A stretch of DNA of 63,975 bases, the filler included, from Hyphochytrium catenoides (Eukaryota > Protista > Hyphochytriomycota), in the NCBI GenBank assembly GCA_900088475.1. It is 11 parts of 11 records of this genome, joined end to end, with 100 filler letters (N's around TTAATTAATTAA, not from the genome) between each part and the next. Parts side by side here need not be neighbours in the genome. Positions count along the whole stretch, not along the records: positions 1 to 21,949 come from FLMG01003916.1; 10 more parts are not named here. One strand, given 5' to 3'. The notes beneath the pieces are model-generated. The model was not told the origin of the DNA and ran no database searches. It was given only the letters and a program-made list of their open reading frames with translations. Below, one piece after another: positions 1-13,096 of this stretch. The translations under genes were made by a program, and so were the position numbers. Numbering within the stretch: the first letter of the stretch is position 1; each line of letters opens with the position of its first letter.

Positions 1-142
1 TCTTGCTTGGCAATCTCTGTCGATTAGCAGTGTTCCCTTCATCTCCAATCTCTCGTCCCTTTCTGTCTAGCTCTCTCTCTTTTTATCCTTCTCTCCTTCT
101 CTTCTTCAAATCTCTCATCTTAATCTGCTATCCTTCTGACAG

Positions 143-874
143 ATTTTAAAGAAGCACGATCGTTGGACGGGGCACGATACCCGCAGTAAATATATGAACA
201 AAGTGGTCAACAAACAGCAATTCAGCACCTACCCGCGCCTACAGAGCCTGCTAGCTCGGACAGAGAAGCTGTTTGCGCTAATGACCAACCGGTCAATTGA
301 GCACCACGAAGGCCAGGCCCAGGCCTCAACGGAACAAGAGGCAGACGGTGGAGTTTCGACTGTCGTTGGTCCGAGATCAGAGTGCGTGGGACTGTCTGCA
401 AAGTTCATGTCTCTCCCTCTCGGTGCTACTCTTCTCGTGATTCTCTCCAACTTTCTTCTTCAAAGTAGCGTTTTCCCCAGAGTCTTCCAATCCCGCCACC
501 CTGGTATCGTTCACTGTGCCATCATTCTAAAGCTTTCTTTATCTACCTTCAGAGACTCGCCAACGCTCACGATGCGAGATATTCAGCTAATGAAGGATGA
601 CGGCCAGAGATTTAGAAATAAAGAGGCTCACAGCAACAGTGCCAAGGAGCAGGACGCCGAAAGTGAAGACGACCCCAGCTCTGTTGGAAGTCGGAGGAGC
701 TCTGCAAGCGAAGGAGAGAAGAAGGACGCTCTTTCTGATTCTGGCACTCTTCTTTCCTCTGCGGAGAACCAAAGGACGCTTAGGAAACGGAAGCTTAGCG
801 ATGGCTCCAGCAGCGGCCAAGATGAACCAGAGCAAGGACCTCGTCAGAAGCGGTCTATAGGCTCTTTTAGCTGA
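143..874 (+). CDS. 3' end of an unknown protein (last two exons 143-381 and 553-874); acidic/Ser-rich tail with NLS-like RKRK
   Basis: Polypyrimidine tract and ctgacAG acceptor at 141-142. Intron GTGCGT(382)..ttcAG(552). Hydrophilic, protein-like translation ends at TGA 874. The 5' part lies outside the window. Confidence 0.6.
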   Translation: MLKKHDRWTGHDTRSKYMNKVVNKQQFSTYPRLQSLLARTEKLFALMTNRSIEHHEGQAQASTEQEADGGVSTVVGPRSECVGLSAKFMSLPLGATLLVILSNFLLQSSVFPRVFQSRHPGIVHCAIILKLSLSTFRDSPTLTMRDIQLMKDDGQRFRNKEAHSNSAKEQDAESEDDPSSVGSRRSSASEGEKKDALSDSGTLLSSAENQRTLRKRKLSDGSSSGQDEPEQGPRQKRSIGSFS

Positions 875-1286
875 GAGATTCTTGCTTCACAAGCGCTACC
901 TTCTTGTCCCTCGGTTTCTGTATATTTCTCTCTTGCTTGGCTTGCTGAGTCCATAGATGTACATTCCCCCATCCTTCTCTCAGCTGTTTAGCGCTACGTG
1001 CCAGGTACTGAAGCGCTATAAAGACTCATGCGAGATCCATCAAGCGATTTTTATTTTTCTCATTCTAAGTTAACAGTCACATCAGTAAGCAAAACACATT
1101 GACGCCTAGTGAGCACCCATAACAGTTCCCTGTCTCCCTTGGGCATACCTTGCCTCGTCAAGACATGTACTAGGAGAGCATCCCCTTCCTCACATATTTC
1201 TCTCTCTTTCCCCTCTCTCTCCACATCAGCTTGCGAAAGGAGATTAGCCCTCTCCTCTCAGCCACAACCTGATAACGCAAGGCACG

Positions 1287-3147
1287 CTAACCAAGTGCGT
1301 CTCCTCCATATCCTCGGCTACTGCCACCCAACATATCCCTCTTCGCGCCTCCAATCTTCCTAGCCTGGGAGTCGATCTTTGGACAGTCCGTGATACGATG
1401 GCCAAGACCACCGCAGAAGGCGCAACCTTTGGTCCCATCGACTGTACTCTCCAGTTCCTGTGGGTCATCCAGCGCCAGCAGTACCGGGGGAACTCTCTGT
1501 TTGGCCTCAATGAGCAGATGCTTCAGATCGAGGAGGATAGGCTCTTCGTCATTCTTGTTGATGAAGGTCGTGGCCACACCTGTCTTACCGCAGCGACCTG
1601 TTCTTCCTATCCTATGCACATAGTTCTCTATCTCCTTCGGCATATCAAAGTTGATGACGTGCTGGATGTCAGGGAAATCCAGTCCTTTTGCCGCTACATC
1701 CGTTGCCACCAGCACGTCCTTCCGGCCAGATTTAAACTCTGCAATGGCTTGATTTCTCTCTTCTTGGTCTTTACCGCCGTGAATCGAGACAGCGTCAACG
1801 CCCTTGAGGAGCAGATACTCATGGATGTCATCCACGTCACTCTTCTTCTCACAAAAGATACACACAGGAGGCGCTGTCTTCTGCAGGCATTGCAGGAGAT
1901 AGACAATCTTTGCTTCCTGCTTGACATACTCTACCTCTTGAATCACGTCTAGGTTGGCGGCACCTGCTCGGCCGACATTGACCAAGACCGGTCGCACAAG
2001 GGTGTTCTTTGCAAACTCTTGGAACTTCTGGGGCATGGTAGCAGAGAACAGGACGGTCTGCCGTTGGTGCTTGAAATGGTTGAAGATGTTCTGCACCTCC
2101 TCGTCAAAGCCTAGATCTAACATGCGGTCTCCCTCGTCCAGCACCATGTACCTGCAGATGTCCACATTCATTTTCTTTGAGTTCAAAAAGTCATTCAGCC
2201 GTCCGGGCGTAGCCACCACCATGTGAGTGCCGTAGCGGTGCAAATCGCCCAGCTGCTGCCGTTTATCTTCTCCTCCGATACAGAGCATCGTCCTAAGCTC
2301 TGGAAAGCCTCCTTTCTTGAGCGCCTCACAATAGGAGACCACAGCCTCATATGTTTGCCGCTGTAGCTCTCGCGATGGCCCCAAAATGAGCCCTGTGGGG
2401 CCCTCGCCACCCTTGAGAGGCATCTTCAGCTCTTGATCCAACGCAAACATCACCATGGGCAGAGAGAACGTGAGAGATTTCCCTGAGCCCGTAAACGCGA
2501 TGCCCACAACGTCTCTCCCAGCGAGAAGGGCCGGAAGCCCCTGCACTTGAATGGGCGTTGGCCGATTTATCCCTTTCTGCGAGAGCGCATCCAAGATACA
2601 CTGGGGCAATCTCATGTCCTTAAACTTACGAATGGGAGGAGGCACGTCTTCTCCTTCTACCAGGATGTGCCACTTCTTCCTGATCTTGTCCTGTTCCTCT
2701 TTGCTCATCTTCCGATATACCTTTGGCGGTGCCCATCCTGTATTGAGAGACTCTGTGTACTTGATGCCCACGGCCCTCTCGTGGGCCGACAGGAGTGCAG
2801 GGGTCTGCACATGGCTCGCCTCCGCCAGAAGCTTTTGCTCTTCTCTTAGCCGTGACTCACGCAGGCGCTCCGTTTCGTCCTTGCTCTCAAGTTCTTTGCG
2901 TAGCTCCTTTNNNNNNNNNNNNNNNNNNNNNNNNNNNNNNNNNNNNNNNNNNNNNNNNNNNNNNNNNATCACTCTCTTCCTCGCTATCCTCTGCTCCAGC
3001 AACTCTCTTTAGTTGGCTTCTTTTGAGCTCTCGAAGGCGAGCCCTGCGCTCTTCCTCTTGCCTCTTCCTCTCCTTTACTGAAATGTACAAGCTCTCTTGG
3101 CCATCCTCCTCAGGTTCTTCCGGCCGATCAGATCTATGCAGCACCAT
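1287..3147 (-). CDS. DDX41: DEAD-box RNA helicase DDX41/abstrakt, apparently intronless, interrupted by an N gap
   Basis: Motifs PTPIQVQG, AFTGSGKS, VATPGRL, LDEGDRM, SAT and HRIGRTGRCG, plus the C-terminal zinc knuckle CAFCGGLGHRITDCP. The N-terminus (MVLHRSDRPEE..LYISVKERK) is in ORF 2887-3177 across the gap. Confidence 0.95.
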
Positions 3148-4144
3148 AATAGACCTCTGAAACCTTCTAGTCGTCAACCCCCGGACGAAACTCTTCCCCG
3201 CAGGTCGATCAATGAGCTCTGTCGTAGTGTCTTCTAAAGACTGTGATAGCGAGCCGTCTCTACCTCGTCTCCCGAAACGTCATGAAAGGCAAGGATAGCA
3301 TCTGCAATGGGAGACCCTATCACTCCTTCGCGGCAATTGAATTTCTGCCTCTGCTAATTGCTCTGACACTTCTCAATGCGGCTAAGGATCCCCAGTCCGC
3401 TCGCTGCCCGTTGGTCGGCTCTCAATGGGAAACGGAGGAATGTGGGAGAGCCTCGATGGCCAGACCCCAGACCCCAGACGCCAAATGTGGAGACTGCAGA
3501 CGGATTTCTGAAGCTTTCTTCCCCATTTCTTTTAGGGCGCTAATCATGTGTCACAGTGTGGGGCTCCCCCCCAAGGGGACCGCCGCCAGCCCCACCTTGC
3601 ATTCTCCTCAAAAAGCCTGGCATTTTCTCTCATAAGAGTCGCGCCTCCATGGTGACGATGACACCACCACGAATCCAATCATATTCCGCCCTTGCCATTA
3701 AGGACACGGCTTTATGAAGGCGTTCTACTCCCTGTAACCCAATCCTAAACTGTTACAAGGGTAGCCGCTACCGGCCATCCTTACAGATGTTCCCCCGGAG
3801 TAGGAATGCCCAAAATCTATCATCGTCCACCAGGAAACTTCTTCCGTCCCGCAATCAGAAATCTGCAGATCTTTGGATGCAGATCTGAGAGACTCTCGCA
3901 GTGCTGGGGCCGAACCTGATCCATCGCGTCCTCTAGCAGACAAGGCCTAGACCTCGCTCATTGCTCCTGTGGAGACACAGACGATTTGTAGGGGCTTTTA
4001 TGTTTCTGTTGCGCCGGCTTATGTAGCTAAAGAAAGTAAGAGCACTGTTGTTGTGGCAAACTTCAACTTAGTTGGATGCTCCGAAGATCACGATAGACGA
4101 AAGTCTTATTCTAGGAGGATTGAAGCTTTAGGCTAAAGAGAGAA

Positions 4145-6260
4145 ATGGAGGAGGAGAAGAATGGTGAGGATGAGCAAGAGTGGCTGCTAGTCCAGGAAGG
4201 ACGGGACGCTCCCCCGCGAGGAGAGGCTGTGGATCCTTACGGTGCTAGGACCCACCATCATGATATCCTACGATGTTCCCGAAGGAACAGAATGACCATA
4301 AATGGCGTGCTGTTTACGCTCTGTGTAGTCGTTATCTTCCTGGCTTTGGACCTCTTTACGGTGCTGCGCACGAGTGTGAGGGTGAAAGGTGGCGTTGTGA
4401 AGGGATTATGCTCCCGAGATCTAGTGGCAGTGCTGGACCTCGAGGTAGAGAACTCTTCTCTCTCACATTTTCTCTCTGACTGTCCTTCTCTCATTCGCAT
4501 TCTCTTATTTTCTCTTTCTTTCTTTCTCTCTCCTCTGTCTCTCTGACTTCCTTTGTCTCTCCATTCACTCCATGTTTGCGTTTCTTCTCCCCATTCGGTG
4601 CTTGCTTTTAAGCCTCTTCGTCACCTTGTTCAATCATCGCATACTACTTATAGGTGGATAATCCTCTAACATATGCGCTGCTTTGGCCTAACTCTCTTCC
4701 CAAACCTAGATGCGGAACCCTTCGAGCTGTGAGCCCTTCATCTACCCTTTCAACGCCACCTTCTTCGTGGACGATATTCCCATGGTCCTTGCTTCCTCAC
4801 CTGCTATCCGCGTGGTCCATGGACGGTCTACACTCTTCTCTCCGCTTAACGTCTCTGTTCTCTCTCCTCCTAATCTGATCTATGACCTCGTGATGAACAG
4901 AAGCAGGATCAGATGGCATGTAGAGGGAGAAATACCTGTCCGGATCCGCTGCCTCGTTCTGCCCTTCACCGTCAACTTTCAGGTGGCGACACTGGCGCCA
5001 TTCCTCTCAGGCTCTTTCTCTCGAAACACTTCCATGACTTCATCTTTCTTCTCTCTCTTGCACGATTACTTTGGGGATAGTGTCTCAAGCAAGAACCTGC
5101 GTCTGTCCCCAGCCCCGGATAATACCTTTCCTCTAACCTCTCTCCTTCCCCACATCCCATTGGTTTCTCGTCTTTGGGTCCTAGCAGAGAGTCTTCTCTC
5201 TAAAGCAGAAGTCGAGGGAAGGGCAGACGGAGAGCAGGATAAGATAGTAGGAGATGAGGCTCCTGGAGGAGACTTTGTGAAGGATGCTATCCGGCAGATA
5301 ATAAAGACGATCGCCATGCGACAGGTGAAGGTGGAAGACCACGGCAGCTACATACGGGCAAGGACAAACATCACCTTTGATTACGGCTCTTCTCTTGCCC
5401 TCCACATCCCCAGACTGCGTTTGGAAGCTGGAGCAGAAGGAGAGACAAAGAAGGAGGAGAGACTGGCAGTCGTGACCGTCGATCCCATGCTGTTGGGAGG
5501 AGGGCCAACTGTGCTAGTTGCACAGTCTGATCTCCCTAAGGACTCTATGCGGCCGCTAGAGTCCGTCCTCCTGCGATTTCTGAAGGGTGAGGACGTTGAG
5601 CTAAAATTTCATGGCTCAGGGNNNNNNNNNNNNNNNNNNNNNNNNNNNNNNNNNNNNNNNNNAGAAGGCTGCTTCTTTCAGGAGCTTATGGACTGCATGG
5701 TCGTGCACCAACGCCTTCCGGGCTCGGTCGATGGCCATCCCCTCCTTCTGCGTAATGTGACCGTTGTGAAGAAGGTTATAGACTTCTCTCTCAAGAAGAA
5801 GAAGTGCATTCTCGTGCTTGGGGTTCAACTGCTTCTCCACAACCCACTTCCCGTACAGATTGATGTGCAAGCCCTTCATTTTAATGCCTCGTTCTCTAAT
5901 GCCTCACGAGAGGGAGACGAACACCCATTAGGTCACGTTGCTCTCCCTCTTCCACTGCGATGGCACCCGCATCAGACAGAGGAAGTGCAACTGAACACCA
6001 CGCTGCGGAGCTATGAAGGCTGTTTGGCTCTTGTCTCTCTCTATAGTGCCGGCGAGTTGGCCTTCAATGTCAGAGATGGTCACGTGAAGGTCGGGGTCGC
6101 AGGCTCACTCTATGACATCCCCTTCAGCTTCAAGGGAATCAAGATTGCAAATGACTCTCTCCTCTCTCCAGAGTCTTCTCTTATGCCTGGGCCTACTGTC
6201 TCTGGCTCCGCTCAGTATTCTCCTTTGAAAGACCTATGGTCCAATGAGGCTATTAATTAG
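4145..6260 (+). CDS. Single-pass membrane protein with tandem LEA_2/DUF3712-like beta domains (exons 4145-4444 and 4710-6260)
   Basis: TM segment GVLFTLCVVVIFLALDLF. Intron GTAGAG(4445)..cctAG(4709) joins LDLE to MRNPSSC. LEA_2-type NP motifs LEMRNP and LLLHNPLPVQIDV. Family call is by motif resemblance only. Confidence 0.65.
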
Positions 6261-6607
6261 GATCTGTTCCTCCAGACCCACCCTGGCCTTGGTCACATAG
6301 AAAGAGAGTGTGGCCGTAGTATTTTCTTTCTCGCTCTCCTTTAGCCCTTTCTCTTACTCCTAGAATTATCCTCACTTCCTCTGTCTACCTCTAAGACATG
6401 GTTCAGCACTTGTGCTATTCCTTGCTTGGACTGCCTGGGACCAAGAGGTTTCTCCGTAGCACGCAGCCGATTTAGCAGGCTATCCTATTAACTTTTACTA
6501 ACGCCGTCACTTGGCAGTGCGCATATCAGCACTGTCACCCTCGAAATGTTAGAAGTCATTCGTTTTAAACATATTTTGCGGTGTTAACTTAGCTTGGGAA
6601 GTACTGG

Positions 6608-9600
6608 TCACCATCTGCAGCAGGCGCACTTCACTCGTGGACCATTCTTTCCTGGCACATAATTCCCACCAACGCCCTGCGAGGTCTCTGGTGGAGACGA
6701 ACTCAGACGATTATACCTCCTCTTCCCATCCACCCAGACCTCATAGACGCTTGTCTTAGCGATCTCTCTAACATGCTCTATGATATCCTGCTCGACTATG
6801 ACAAAGTCAGCCAAAAAGCCTGGGGCGAGAGCTCCTAACTGGGTCTCAAGACCACACGCGTAGGCTCCATTAAGGGTGTAAAGCTTCAAAGCCTCAGCGA
6901 AAGTTAGGCATTGGTCTGGGAGAAAAGGCGCAGGGGAGGAGGGTGTAGACAGCTTGCGGCGGAAGATGGCATCCGAGAGACCTTGAAAAGGGTTACAGGT
7001 CCTGCAACGAGGAAAGTAAAGCACCATGGAATCAAAGACGAAATGAGCAGAAGCGTCAGTCGTTGCTTCTTTCACTGCTCAAAAATCAGGATGAGAGGTC
7101 ATCCAGTAGCGTCACTGGCAGGCCCGGGACTGAAAGAGAGGGTAGCAGTATGCTTACTCTATAGGCGCGTCGCTCCCGCCAGCGCATATCACTCCGCTTT
7201 CTATGAGGCGTCGCCAGCAGTAGGAGAAGGGGAGGACGCTTTCAGGAAGGCGCTTGCGAACCCACTGACTGTCTGTGATCTAGGGAATAGGTAACGGCTT
7301 GAGGCACTCTTGAAGAGAGACACTATGAAGAAGGCAAGAAGAGGGGGAGGAGAGAGAGAGAGAGCGAGCGAGAGAGGAGGAGAGCGAGGAAGAAAGAGAG
7401 AACTGGGATATAATCACAATACGCTTAGGGACTAGGGGTAGCCGCCCTTGTCATCGTACCACAAAGGACGGCTGGATGTTGGCCACAACACCGAGAGTTG
7501 CCATTTTCTCTATTAGATCTGGGCCCAGCACCTGACAGTGCGTAAGGATGGGACGGTGCTCCCGCCCAACCTGTGCTGCCTCGAGCGCGTCCAGCACCTG
7601 CTCTGCCGCTCTGTCACCTGAGCAGAATATGACAGGAAGAAAGTGAGCAGGAAGGAAGAGACCAGGAAGGGCTGCTCAGTACAGAGCTACCACCGGTAAC
7701 GAAAAGATAGCGCTAATAATATCTCCCCGATAAACCAAAGCGGCGAGGAAGACGTTTCACCTCTCGGTACCTATAGCGTGGATCTCGAGCCTGTAGCCTG
7801 CCTCATGGCTCTTCCTGACAATCTCTTCCATTCCTTCCTTTGAATGAATCAAGATCCCTCTGTTATCACTCTCTCGGTACGGTTGCCGCAGAGCCGCCGT
7901 CTCCGCACCCAGACTGCCGTCAGAGAAGACCTTGACTCTGTTACAATAGATTAGACCGTCCTGCGTGCCAGGCTGAGGGGTAGACGGCTGTAGGACTTCG
8001 TCCGAGTTCGGAGTCAGAAAGACGCGGACGGGGAGAGAATCTGCTGCTTGTAGCTTCTGATAGAGGGAGAAGGCGTGTGCGTCGTTGGTATGGACAGCTG
8101 AGGGAAGAAAAGTAAACACTTAGCAATAAGGCCTTGACTCAATTGGCGAAGAAGTGAGGATATGCTGATGGACCAAGCACACCCTTCACGGACTTCAAAG
8201 CAGACGAACTGAGTTTTCACTAAGTCGGTGCGAGAGACCACATACAAAGCGGGAAATAGAGAAAAGTAAATACTTGCACTCTCGTCTAACCTGTCAGTCC
8301 ACTGGAGATGCAACGGTGAAGCGACTCTCGGAGGTAGTTGAGCTTTATCTCTGCAATTTTGTGGGGAGGATGACATAGTGAGGAGAGACATTGGCATGGT
8401 ATGGCCAGCGAAGGAAGGATGGCAGGAGGAAAATCCGTTGTTTAAAATAGATTGAGAAAGTAAGTTGCTATCACCTTCTGAGCCTTCCACAATGTGCTTT
8501 GTTATGAGCTCTGTGGCCTGAGATGAAGTCACCACAGAGGAGAACATCCCGTTAGGTTTGACAGAGAAGAAGACAGTCACGTCATCTCTCCTACCCTCTC
8601 TTTGAAGAGTCCCGTAGGTTCTCCGTCTTTCACTTCAACTTCGCCTCCTTCCATCTTTGGAATGTCTCCAGCCCGCACGCCTGCAATATCTAAAGCGCGA
8701 GAGTTTGCCACGCCGACCTAGTGGAGGTCAGCCCATCAGTGCCAGACCAAAGAGAGGAATGGGCCATCCACCCTAACTAGAAGAAGGACGAAAGACTATA
8801 TAATCTACAGAGTCTTTGCATAGGCAGAAGAGAAAGCGACAGAGATAACAGACAGAGAGGGCACAGCGCGAGATACTTGAGGATGAGAGGATCAAAGAGG
8901 AGATCACCGCTGGGTAAAGAAACATCTTAGAGAACACAGATGATAGAAAAGGCTTGCGTAAGAGATTCTGCACTGACATGCCAGCACGCTCGCCAGAGAA
9001 AGACAGGACGGTCCTTCACGGCCACGTCAACGTCAGCCTTGGTCGGATACTCTGCTACTGGCCAGCTGTCCTGGGCCCAGCCACACCCTAAGTGAGAACG
9101 TGAGAGATGAAGCGTGAAGAGAAGGGAGGGAAGAGAAAGTTCAGGGAGATTTGGCACTGAAGAGAGAGAAAGAAGCACGACCTAAAGCAGCACGACAGCA
9201 TATTGAAGACCAAGACACCATCTTTTAGGTGTTCGGGCCAGACGACACTATCCCGCAGAGGATTAGCCATCCTCAAACTTCATAGGATGCTTACCTACGA
9301 TCCATGTTGCCTTCGGGTTATCTTCTGCATGGCGACGAACTCTGTCCTGCAGCTCCTTCAGATCCTTGCAGCCCTCTAGGTTGACATAGTGAGAAGCCTC
9401 TCCCCTGGAGAGGGAGCAAGACGAGAAGGGTCAACATGGTGCCGCAAAAGCCCGCACAGTTGAGCAGATAGCGAGGGAAGGCAGGAGCAGATAGAGTCAA
9501 GTCTGAAGAGGATAAGATCATGGCGGCGACGGCATTACATATAGAAGACGTGAATGTGGCTATCTTGGAGGCCAGGTAGCGCGACTCGCCCCTCTAGATC

Positions 9601-9795
9601 GATCACTTCATCATAACTCTCGTCCTCAGGCGGCTCTCCAGTCCCGACACGGCCTACTCTCTGTCCTATTACTTCCATCCACTGCGCTGGGATGTCATAG
9701 TCCGACCGGGCAGGATCTGACGCCACAGTGTCTACCGTATCAGCAGACCACCGCCATATCCGGCCATTGTGCAGCAAAGTCTTCCTCAAGGACAT
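6608..9795 (-). CDS. Metal-dependent amidohydrolase (Amidohydro_3 / YtcJ-like), about 10 exons
   Basis: Spliced motifs DLEGRVALPGLQDSHIH, GWAQDSW, WRACWHVGVANSRAL, TGLFKE, KVFSDGSLGAETAAL, HAIGDRA, THCQ, IQPSF, GSDAPIE, YTLNGAYA and GFLADF. All junctions are GT-AG and in phase. Confidence 0.92.
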
Positions 9796-11401
9796 CGTGC
9801 TCTCTCCCTCGCCTTTCTTCTCCTACAAAGCTCAGAGGAAGCCTACTTAGCTAGCAACCGGTTATGGTGAGGCCAGGCCGCTACGGAGACTCTGGACGTC
9901 AGCAAAGCTTGGACCAGAGCTGAGACTGTGGCTTGAAGATCTCTGAAGATTCTGATGAGCTTCCCAGTCGCGGCCTCGATGCCCAAAACGATGAATGAGA
10001 ACAAAAATCGCCCCAAAACTGTTCTGCAAAAGTCCATCCGAAACCGAAAGTAAGAACAAAACGCCGAAACCGCAGTTGTTACTTTCGTGTTTGAGCTTCC
10101 AGCCTCATTCAGAAAGAGATCTTTCTTCTGTTGTTCAGCGCGAGCAGCAGCAGCTCTATCATCATTGCGGAGCTCTCTTCTGCAGAAGAAGAGATCTATT
10201 GGTAGGCCCTGAAGTCACGACGGTATGGCAGCTAGGTTCACGTCACTGCTAGAAGTAGCGAGGCATGAGACTAGTCAGGGCGTATAGAATAGGGACGGTA
10301 TTTGACAGTAGGAGGCCTATGGATGAGCGGCTATCACAGATAGCATAAGGCATGAAGGAGGTATTATTCACATCTAAGCGGAACAACCAGAGCTTGCTGG
10401 TGATCCGGGGGCATTGAGAAAGGCTGATTAAACTCCCGCTCACTTTTATCTCAAATAATCTATACAGATGGTTCTCTTAGACTTTAGGCTTGCTAAGATG
10501 GGGACATGGTAGTAAGGCCGCGGTGGCCTCTAAATGATGTGCTAATGCTTTTCTTCTGGGAGCTTTGGCGAGCAGCCGTGGAGGAAGACATTGCTAGTAG
10601 GTCTTACTGCTACGAGTGCGCGGAAGTAAAGTGGTCAGTAAAGATCCGAAGCACGGCCATGAGTATTTGTCAGCCACCTGGCCCTGGTAGTAGAGGCTAG
10701 ACCAATTGAACATACTAGCTAGGCAAATGGCTCAACGATTGAGTTCTGCCACTAGTAGGGCTTGCTCCGATTCTTCCAAACTTCATTCCATGAGGAAAAA
10801 GAGGAGAACGACTTCTCACAAAGCCATTATGGTTAGCATACTAGAAGGCGAAGCTTCGTTGACTCGTCTCCTTGTGGTTGTCGCTGGCCTTACTGAAGAC
10901 CATTAGTATATAGTCCTGCTAGATATAAAGAAGAACTAGGGAAAGGCTCCACTAAAGACCAGAAATCCTGTCACGTGCGCAGCATCCCATCATTCGCGGC
11001 TATCTCATGGGTCGATGTCTTGTTAAAGAGAGAACGACAGCCGTCCTACTGCTCTCTGTATGTATGACAGTAGATAATGGACGAATAGCAACTGCCTTTT
11101 ATCTCAAACTCAGGGAGTAGTCGAGCTTTCAACCGCAAGAACAGGTCACGATTGAGGAGACCGTAACAATCCTATACCCTTCATCTCTCTCCTATTGTCC
11201 TCCTTGTATAAGCTCTCATCGGACCGACGAAGCTGATAAAGCTCTGTTCTTTTCTTTGGGATCTATCCTTCTCCTTTTGCCTTTTGACTTCTTCTCCGTC
11301 CCGCCTTCACTTGTACCTTGAAGTTAAGGTCCCATCCATGCACCATCCCTGTCATCAAGAGATGAAGCAGGAGCCTTCTGAACACCTTGTGATGACTGCA
11401 G

Positions 11402-11704
11402 ATGACTCCACCCTTGACCAAACCTCGCCACACTTGCTCTTACTACGCTGCAGCCGGATCTCATACCCAAGCCACGCAACAGCCAACGGCAGAGCCTCAA
11501 CAACGATGGGGCTTTCGAAGCTTGGTCTCCAGTCTCCAGCAGAAGCTGCTCCCGATCTTCATTGGAAGCGGCTCCGAACATTATGACAGGGCCAAGCTGG
11601 CCAAAAGAGTGCCTGCGCTTCTTCCTTTTTTGGATAGGAAGCTTGAGAAGGTGAGACAGAGAAGAGAGCGAATCACCAAGCCGAGAGTTGTACAGTCGAC
11701 CTGA
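11402..11704 (+). CDS. Possible small protein or terminal exon, unknown function
   Basis: 100-aa ORF with a protein-like helical C-terminus (HYDRAKLAKRVPALLPFLDRKLEKVRQRRE), preceded by a pyrimidine tract and ctgcAG. No recognisable motif. Confidence 0.3.
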   Translation: MTPPLTKPRHTCSYYAAAGSHTQATQQPTAEPQQRWGFRSLVSSLQQKLLPIFIGSGSEHYDRAKLAKRVPALLPFLDRKLEKVRQRRERITKPRVVQST

Positions 11705-13096
11705 AGTAGGCATTTTATCCTGCCCATTTAGAGATCTGGACATAATTTTCTTGCTATTAATAACTATGGCACTTGCGATCCACATCGTAAATACAGCGTT
11801 GAGGTCGAATATAACGATACTGTCCGAAGAGAGAGTGGAAGTGCTGCATCACTGAAACTGGAACTGCTGTGCAAGAACTTTATTATTGGTTACATTTTGG
11901 AGAGATTTTGTCAGCAATCTGTACAGCTGCGTTCTGGTATCTAGAAACCGTATAAGGCTAAGATTCTAAATATACGGGTCAATCTCAGATCCTCAATCGT
12001 TGTCGTTGTTGTTGTCTGTGCGCCCACATATCCTCTTATCTCCCACACGCAATCCCCAATCTCTCCCGCACTCTTCATTCTGACAGCAAGCTCTGGCTCC
12101 TCCGCAATTAGGGTTACATCATGCTTTCCTGAATCTCATGAGCTTAAATGTCTCTCACATCCAACTCTGGCTGTACCTTCTGAGGCTCTGTCTCTAAAGG
12201 TTCGTTGTATTTCCCTCCTGCCTTTTGCTCCTCCCTCTCTTTTCTCTCCATCGAAAGTTGATCAGTTCCGACTCTTTCTTTCATCTTTTTCTCCCCTCCC
12301 ATGTCTCTTTGGTCTCAGGATCACTCTTCCTCGCACTTTGTTGTCCCGCCCTAACTGCCTCAGCTTTTTATTCAACTTGGAGGTCGACACAAGGAGAGGG
12401 AGAGAGACAGAGCAAGAGAGAGAGAGGGACTTAGGAGGGAGAGAGAGAGCAAGAGAGAGAGAGAGAGAGAGAGCTNNNNNNNNNNNNNNNNNNNNNNNNN
12501 NNNNGAGAGAGAAGAGAAAGAAGTGAGAAAGAAGTGGGCACAATGGCTGCACAGCAATAATCTCTGGAACTTTTTAGAGCACTTGGGACTTCCTTCCCAC
12601 ATACAAGCACTCTCTCTCTCTCTCCCTCTCTCTCTCTTGTCTTCTCTCTCTCTCTTGTCTCTCTCTCTCTTCTCTATCTATTCTATCTCTCTCTCTCTTT
12701 CTTCGTAGTAGTTCCTATACATGTAGTTTCTCTCTCTTCCTTCTCTACCATCATCACCTCGTCTTGGTTCTGCTGGTCAAGACAGCGCTGAGTTCTCTGT
12801 GAAGGTGCCGTCCTCTCACCGCTGGGCTGGACAGATATCTGCAGACCGAGAACAAACTTTCATTGCAAAGACTTTCCTCGTCCTTTTCCTTCTTTCTTGA
12901 GCTTCTTCTGCAGACTTATCATCTGCCGGATCTCCAGAATTGATTGTTCTCTATCTTTCTGCCGCGGGCGGGCGATCCTTCACTGGGGCTAAGTGCTGAT
13001 CCTTGAGCCCGGTTCGTGAGCAATGAGAGCTTCGAGGGAAAAAGAGACCTTGAGGGGATAGTTCTAGGTCATCGGGTGGGTTTATCATACAGCAGG

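Noticed and set aside
1390-3160. Plus-strand ORFs overlapping DDX41; similar ORFs lie opposite LpxK, the TIG gene and the anoctamin
   Set aside because: Antisense shadow frames of real genes.
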